From a bacterium (GTDB lineage Bacteria; Verrucomicrobiota; Kiritimatiellia; CAIVKH01), in NCBI GenBank assembly GCA_043802525.1, contig JAZDKY010000134.1, positions 1 to 40,299 of the forward strand: a stretch of DNA of 40,299 bases, read 5' to 3'. The notes beneath the pieces were generated by a model. The model was not told where the DNA came from, ran no database searches, and saw nothing but the letters and a program-made list of their open reading frames with translations. The position numbers were made by a program, and so were the translations under genes. Positions 35,953 through 40,299 of this stretch are shown one piece after another (position 1 is the first letter of the stretch; each line of letters opens with the position of its first letter).

Positions 35953-37014
35953 ATGGCCGTAACCTTCAAGCATCTGTACGCGCAGGTCTGGGACTTCGAA
36001 AACCTGTGGCTGGCTTATCAGAAGGCCCGCCGGGGCAAACGGTATGACGAGCCTGTGGCGAGGTTCGACAGCAACGCGGAGGAGAATATTCTCCAGCTAC
36101 AGTCGGAACTGCGCGACCGCTGCTGGACACCCGGGCCGTACCGCCACTTCTACGTTTGGGAGCCCAAGAAGCGAAGGATATCCGCCGCGCCGTTCCGCGA
36201 CCGCGTTGTGCACCACGCCCTAGTGAACGTGCTGGAGCCGATCTATGAAGCGCGATTCAGCGGTTCTTCGTATGCCTGCAGGAAAGGGAAGGGCACACTG
36301 GCGGCGATGCTCAAGGCGCATTGGGGCGTCCGCAACTGCGCGTGGTTCCTCAAGGGCGATATCGTGAAATTCTTTCCCTCTGTGGATCACGAGGTGCTCC
36401 TGAGCGTTCTCCAGAGGAAGATCGCGGACGTCGATGTCCTGGCGATGATTCGCGTCATCCTCGATTCCGGGCGGGGTGTCTTTGATGATGAGCGGCCGCC
36501 GATGTGGTTCGCGGGCGACGACCTGCTTGCGCCCGCGCTCCGGCCCAAAGGGCTTCCGATCGGCAACCTGACCAGCCAGTTCTTTGCAAACGTCCTTCTC
36601 AACGAACTCGACCAGTTTGTGCACACCCGACTTTCGCCGCGCCTCTATGTCCGCTACAGCGACGACTTCGTGCTTTTCGATCACGACCGCGGCAAGGTGG
36701 AGCCCGTGCGCGGTCCGATCGAGGAGTGCCTTGAGTCGCTGCGCCTGAGGATGCATCCGGGCAAGTCCCATCTTCGGCCTTCCCGGCAGGGGCTCCGGTT
36801 CCTGGGTTTCCGGCTTCTTCCGTCGACGCGAAGGGTGGCTCGCGAAAACCTGACGCGTTTCCGGCGACGTATGCGGACGTGCGGGCATCTGCGGAGGGGA
36901 AATCGAATAACCGTCGCGCGCGTGGGCGCATCCGTGCGTGGCTGGTTGAGTCACGTGGACCATGCGAATGCGTCCGCCGTCACAAGGAGGTTGTTGTCCG
37001 ATGTCCGGTTCTGA
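35953..37014 (+). CDS. Diversity-generating retroelement reverse transcriptase.
   Basis: The hallmark DGR RT motif IGNLTSQFFANVLLNELD is present, as is RYSDDFVLF (catalytic YxDD) and the N-terminal FENLWLAYQKARRGKRYD. The gene sits between a VR and a TR. The in-frame upstream extension to 35875 is unlikely. Confidence 0.9.
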   Translation: MAVTFKHLYAQVWDFENLWLAYQKARRGKRYDEPVARFDSNAEENILQLQSELRDRCWTPGPYRHFYVWEPKKRRISAAPFRDRVVHHALVNVLEPIYEARFSGSSYACRKGKGTLAAMLKAHWGVRNCAWFLKGDIVKFFPSVDHEVLLSVLQRKIADVDVLAMIRVILDSGRGVFDDERPPMWFAGDDLLAPALRPKGLPIGNLTSQFFANVLLNELDQFVHTRLSPRLYVRYSDDFVLFDHDRGKVEPVRGPIEECLESLRLRMHPGKSHLRPSRQGLRFLGFRLLPSTRRVARENLTRFRRRMRTCGHLRRGNRITVARVGASVRGWLSHVDHANASAVTRRLLSDVRF

Positions 37015-37354
37015 TCGCGCGGAATCCCCGCTATTCGTCAAGACAAGGGACTTCATGGGCTGGCTGTTCCAGCACACGGCCAAGTTCCCCAAGGTCTACC
37101 GGCATACGCTGACAAACCGATTGGAAGAAAGTATGCTGGATTTTCATCGCTGTCTTGGTGTCGCCGCGTTGACGGGCGATGAGGTAGCCCTCGCACGTGC
37201 GGACGTCGAGCTGTGGCAACTGCGCCAGCTTCTCCGCTTGGCAAACGACATGGGATTCTTCCCCGCTCGCCTGATGGAGTACAGCGCCCCACGGCTCGCA
37301 GAGCTCGGGAGCCTGCTTGGCGGGTGGCGGAGGAAGACGGGGGCCGGGACATGA
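37001..37354 (+). CDS. avd: Avd-like accessory variability determinant (small basic four-helix-bundle protein). It overlaps the RT 3' end.
   Basis: AGGAGG RBS 10 nt upstream. About 117 aa. ...AKFPKVYRHTLTNRLEESMLD...LAELGSLLGGWRRK resembles Bordetella phage Avd / TIGR02436-type proteins. It lies immediately upstream of TR2. Confidence 0.7.
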   Translation: MSGSDRAESPLFVKTRDFMGWLFQHTAKFPKVYRHTLTNRLEESMLDFHRCLGVAALTGDEVALARADVELWQLRQLLRLANDMGFFPARLMEYSAPRLAELGSLLGGWRRKTGAGT

Positions 37355-37361
37355 CAGCGGC

Positions 37362-37500
37362 GTTCGCGGCGCGTTGTGCGGGGCGGGTCGTTCAACAATC
37401 AACCCGGTAACGTACGATGCGCGTATCGCGACAGGAACGATCCATCGAATCCGAACAGCAACAATGGCTTTCGGGTTGGTCTGGGTGTTTCCCGCTGAGG
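37362..37500 (+). repeat. DGR template repeat TR2. It is AAC-rich and translates in target frame as RVVRGGSFNNQPGNVRCAYRDRNDPSNPNSNNGFRVGLGVSR.
   Basis: Identical to VR2 except at 16 adenines. It starts 8 nt after the avd stop. Confidence 0.9.
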
Positions 37501-37665
37501 CGTCGAACTGCCAGATACGGCAAGCCCGCGGCTGCGCCGCGATCCTGCCGTCCGAGCACCTCCATGCCCGTCCCGGCATCCGGATCGCGCCCCTTTGGGC
37601 GCGACAAAGACGCGGCGCGGGGCCGGGGCCGGTACCCTGAGGTTGTCGAGGGGGAAGGCCCCGGC
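37501..37665 (+). ncRNA. Conserved structured RNA element 3' of TR2 (DGR spacer-like region). It is homologous to 30878..31045.
   Basis: Shared ccagatac and the block aagacgcggcgcggggccggggccggtaccctgaggttgtcgagggggaaggccccggc. Stem gccggggcc/ggccccggc. Confidence 0.55.
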
Positions 37666-37718
37666 GTCGCATTCCGAGGCGGGGTTGTGCAGCATGTACG
37701 GCGAGTAAGGAGGTTCTC

Positions 37719-38870
37719 ATGAGTTTTCTCCTCGAAAAGAAACTGGAGCACGAGAGCCTGTGCGAGTCTGACATTCGGGCGGGCCGCGTCGGGAATGCCG
37801 TTTTCCACGCGGCGAAGGCCGCCGAATTCGCGTACGCCCTGGCCGCGCAGACGGCCGGCAACATCGGCCAGCGCTATATTGAGGATGCGGAGGGGTGGTT
37901 GGAGATCGCGGAGAGGCTGCGGACCAGGCCCCCTGTTTCCCGGAAGACGGAGGACGGAGGACGGAAGACGGAGGGAAAGGGGCAGAGGACGAAGGATGAC
38001 GAGCAGGGGCCGGATGATGACTGGCTGGTGACCGAAAAGCCCAATGTCACGTTCGACATGATCGCGGGGATGGCAGAGGCGAAGCAGTCGATCATGGAGA
38101 TGGTGGTGCTGCCGCTCAAATCGCCCGAGAAGGCGAAGGCACTGGGACTGCGGGCCGGCGGCGGCGTGCTGCTATATGGCCCTCCCGGCAATGGCAAGAC
38201 CCTTCTCGGCAAGGCGGTGGCCAGCCAGCTCGACGCGCCGTTCTACTACGCGTCGGGCGCCCAGATACGGTCCAAGTGGCACGGAGAATCCGAGCAGCGG
38301 CTGCGCAAGCTCATCCAGTCCGCGAAGCAGCAATCCGTTGCCGTTCTTTTCCTGGACGAAGTCGACGGACTGCTCCCGAAACGCGGCGGAAATTCCGTCG
38401 TCGATAACCGCTTGGTGACGCAGTTCCTTGCGGAAATCGGCGGGTTCGAGGAATCCGACAATGTGCTCCTGGTCCTTGGGGCGACCAACAAGCCTTGGGA
38501 GATTGACGAAGCCGTTTTCCGGACCGGCCGATTCGACGAAAAGATCTATGTGGGCCTTCCTGACGATCCGGCCCGGCTTGGCATCCTGCACATGCACCTG
38601 GACAAGGTCCCGCTCGGGCCGGACTTCGATTTCGAGAAATGGGCGAAACGGATCGAGGGCTATACGGGAAGCGACATTGTCGGCGTCGTCAACGATGCCA
38701 AGAGATCCGCGCTCAGCAGGAGCATCCGTGAAGAGGGCGATCCGCAACTGACGAATGCCGATCTGGAGGCTGCCTTCAAGACGATACCGTCGTCCGTCAC
38801 ACCGCAACTGCTTCAGCGGTACGAGCAATTCAAGCAGGCACGGTTTGGCCAGCCAAAGGACGTGGCCTGA
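37719..38870 (+). CDS. Vps4-like (meiotic-clade) AAA+ ATPase. It has an N-terminal MIT-like helical domain, a low-complexity linker, an AAA domain and a Vps4-type C-terminal helix.
   Basis: AAGGAGG RBS. Walker A GPPGNGKT, Walker B LFLDEVD. SKWHGESEQRLRKL and LVLGATNKPWEIDEAVFRTGRFDEKIYVGLPD parallel Vps4 SKWLGESEKLVKNL and [30 protein letters not shown]. C-terminal TIPSSVTPQLLQRYEQFKQARFGQ parallels Vps4 [24 protein letters not shown]. Confidence 0.75.
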   Translation: MSFLLEKKLEHESLCESDIRAGRVGNAVFHAAKAAEFAYALAAQTAGNIGQRYIEDAEGWLEIAERLRTRPPVSRKTEDGGRKTEGKGQRTKDDEQGPDDDWLVTEKPNVTFDMIAGMAEAKQSIMEMVVLPLKSPEKAKALGLRAGGGVLLYGPPGNGKTLLGKAVASQLDAPFYYASGAQIRSKWHGESEQRLRKLIQSAKQQSVAVLFLDEVDGLLPKRGGNSVVDNRLVTQFLAEIGGFEESDNVLLVLGATNKPWEIDEAVFRTGRFDEKIYVGLPDDPARLGILHMHLDKVPLGPDFDFEKWAKRIEGYTGSDIVGVVNDAKRSALSRSIREEGDPQLTNADLEAAFKTIPSSVTPQLLQRYEQFKQARFGQPKDVA

Positions 38871-38971
38871 AATGGCGACGCCGCTTCACGTCTTGTCGCG
38901 CCCGTCACCGAAAAACCACTTCCGGATGGCATCCATGGTTTGGAATGAAGGCGGGCGGTTGCAGGACAGGC

Positions 38972-39388
38972 TCACGTCGCCAATGCTCCAAAATCTTCCG
39001 GAGGTTCCTGGCCTCCGATGTTTTTGCTGAATTCCACGAGACCAAATGTATTTGGCCCTGAACGGGTGAAAACCGCGTGTCTACGCACGTATGAACCAAG
39101 AGAGCCGCTAAGAGAAACTCTGTTTTCCTTCGTCACATCCTGACCAATGGCCTTAAGCAGCTCGCTAATAGGCAAAGGCTTCCCCACCTTCTTTAGATGC
39201 TCATACGCTCGATAGATGTTTGTGCCCGGTCGAATCGTCACCGCCGCCTGTGAGTCTTTCGGAAGTGCCTTCAATGCTTCCTCAAGGCCAGATACAAATG
39301 CCTCTGTTGCAGTAATTTGTGATTTCAACGCCGCTATTTCGATGCGCTTGGTCGCGATCTTCTTCTCTATGATTCCTCGGGCGTACAT
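38972..39388 (-). CDS. Hypothetical protein in a low-GC patch. It has an N-terminal coiled-coil and a possible winged-helix C-terminal half.
   Basis: The ORF sits in clearly AT-richer sequence than the rest of the window. No confident family match from memory. Confidence 0.35.
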   Translation of the reverse strand: MYARGIIEKKIATKRIEIAALKSQITATEAFVSGLEEALKALPKDSQAAVTIRPGTNIYRAYEHLKKVGKPLPISELLKAIGQDVTKENRVSLSGSLGSYVRRHAVFTRSGPNTFGLVEFSKNIGGQEPPEDFGALAT

Positions 39389-39450
39389 GGCGCGTTCCTC
39401 CCAATCGTTTGCAGCCTGTTATCGAATGTGCTGCAAAAAGTCAAGAGTGC

Positions 39451-39479
39451 GTTGAAGTGTGTTGAAGTGTGTGAAGTGT
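39451..39479 (+). promoter_or_regulatory. Triple direct repeat gttgaagtgt / gttgaagtgt / gtgaagtgt upstream of the dinD-like gene.
   Basis: Read from the sequence. Candidate regulator-binding iterons. Confidence 0.3.
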
Positions 39480-39539
39480 ATTGGATGTTGATTGTCGCTG
39501 CCAATTAGCGCATATATTCCCGAATCAGGAGAATGCCGG

Positions 39540-39939
39540 ATGAGCCAAAACATGGAAATAATTAGCGGGTTTGAGAAGGCGAGGAGGGTGTCATCGAAGG
39601 GCGCGGAGTACTGGCACGCGCGCGAGTTGATGCTGCTCCTGGGTTATTCTGATTGGCGCAATTTCTGCAACGCAATGGAGAGGGGCATAGCGAGCTGTGA
39701 TGCGCAAAAGGTCAAGGCGACGCACCATTTCGTTGAAACTACCAAAATGGTTGGCATTGGAAGTGGGGCGGAGCGCGAAAGTGATGACTACAAAAAGCAT
39801 TGAAGGCCGCTCCCGATTCATTGCCGCCCGCGCCAAATTAGGATGCCACCGACCCGTCGAAGTTTCCAACAAGCGTCCTTTGAAAGACCGCGGACCGCGG
39901 TCACAGCGCGGCGAGGATGGGCGCATGTCACTTCCGTAG
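39540..39939 (+). pseudogene. DNA-damage-inducible protein D (DinD)-like gene, frame-disrupted and truncated.
   Basis: AGGAGA RBS. FEKARRVSSKGAEYWHARELMLLLGYSDWRNFCNAMERGIASCDAQKVKATHHFVE closely parallels E. coli DinD FEEIRHYGTDLHLFHARELARLLEYKRWENFEKVIKRAMIACETAGQSVDHHFRR. The frame stops at about 103 aa and continues in +1 (..SRFIAARAKLG..). Confidence 0.5.
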
Positions 39940-40025
39940 GGGTTTGCCGGTTGACTTTCAATCGAGGAAACCACGAAACACCCAAGATGGCACAGCCGCA
40001 ACCGAAGAAGAAGGAAACCACTGAA

Positions 40026-40165
40026 CCCTCCCAAGGCGGGCAGGCCCTCCCAAGGCGGGCAGGCCCTCCCAAGGCGGGCAGGCCCTCCCAAGGCGGGCAG
40101 GCCCTCCCAAGGCGGGCAGGCCCTCCCAAGGCGGGCAGGCCCTCCGAAGGCGGGCGGGCCTGGTC
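40026..40165. repeat. Minisatellite: a 19-bp unit (caaggcgggcaggccctcc) in six perfect tandem copies, with a degenerate partial copy on each side.
   Basis: caagg recurs every 19 nt from 40032 to 40127. There are no spacers, so this is not a CRISPR array. Confidence 0.85.
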
Positions 40166-40299
40166 AATGACAATTACAACCGGGCATTGACGACAATTAC
40201 ACTTCCGCATGGGCGGTGGACGATTATGGGCTCCTTTTCCTGTCCCCTGGCCTGTGCAGGAGCCCGGTCCCGCTGAAGGCGGGATGCCCCGCAGGGGCA

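Noticed and set aside
36962-37000. Avd start at 36962
   Set aside because: ATG 37001 is preceded by a perfect AGGAGG at the right spacing. The upstream extension (MRMRPPSQGGCCP) looks like out-of-frame RT sequence.
37942-37975. GGAGGACGG repeats inside the AAA gene as a separate regulatory element
   Set aside because: They lie in-frame and encode a low-complexity linker (RKTEDGGRKTEGKG) between the MIT-like and AAA domains. The similarity to the 27277..27316 iterons may be coincidental purine-rich bias.
40026-40165. Possible CRISPR array
   Set aside because: The 19-bp units are directly adjacent with no spacers, so this is a minisatellite.

Overview
This is a high-GC bacterial chromosomal segment. 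Its centrepiece is a diversity-generating retroelement (DGR): a DGR-type reverse transcriptase (35953..37014) with an Avd-like accessory gene (37001..37354), and two separate template-repeat/variable-repeat (TR/VR) pairs in which every mismatch lies at a TR adenine. Both VRs sit at the 3' ends of paralogous transmembrane Ser/Thr protein kinases whose extracytoplasmic C-terminus is an FGE-sulfatase (C-type-lectin-fold) domain (27703..30609 and 33066..35864). TR2 lies next to RT-avd. TR1 is an orphan TR immediately downstream of its own target, with no RT or avd beside it. Each TR is followed by a conserved structured RNA element, and each VR by a conserved GC hairpin. A third paralogous kinase-FGE gene (about 31254..32950) is decayed and split by an opposite-strand RelE/Phd toxin-antitoxin insertion. 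Flanking the DGR are what look like two tandem Snf7/ESCRT-III-like proteins (25746..27261) and a Vps4-like AAA ATPase (37719..38870). The same +strand run also holds two further eukaryotic-like Ser/Thr kinases, an FHA-domain protein, an SPFH-like protein and several zinc-ribbon fusions. The 5' part of the window encodes two very large secreted repeat proteins that share a C-terminal module, an EF-hand protein, a sugar-phosphate isomerase, an M42 peptidase and yidD. The 3' end has a low-GC patch with a decayed dinD-like gene and a 19-bp minisatellite. I saw no rRNA, tRNA or CRISPR array. All domain assignments come from reading the translated ORFs against remembered family signatures; no database search was run.
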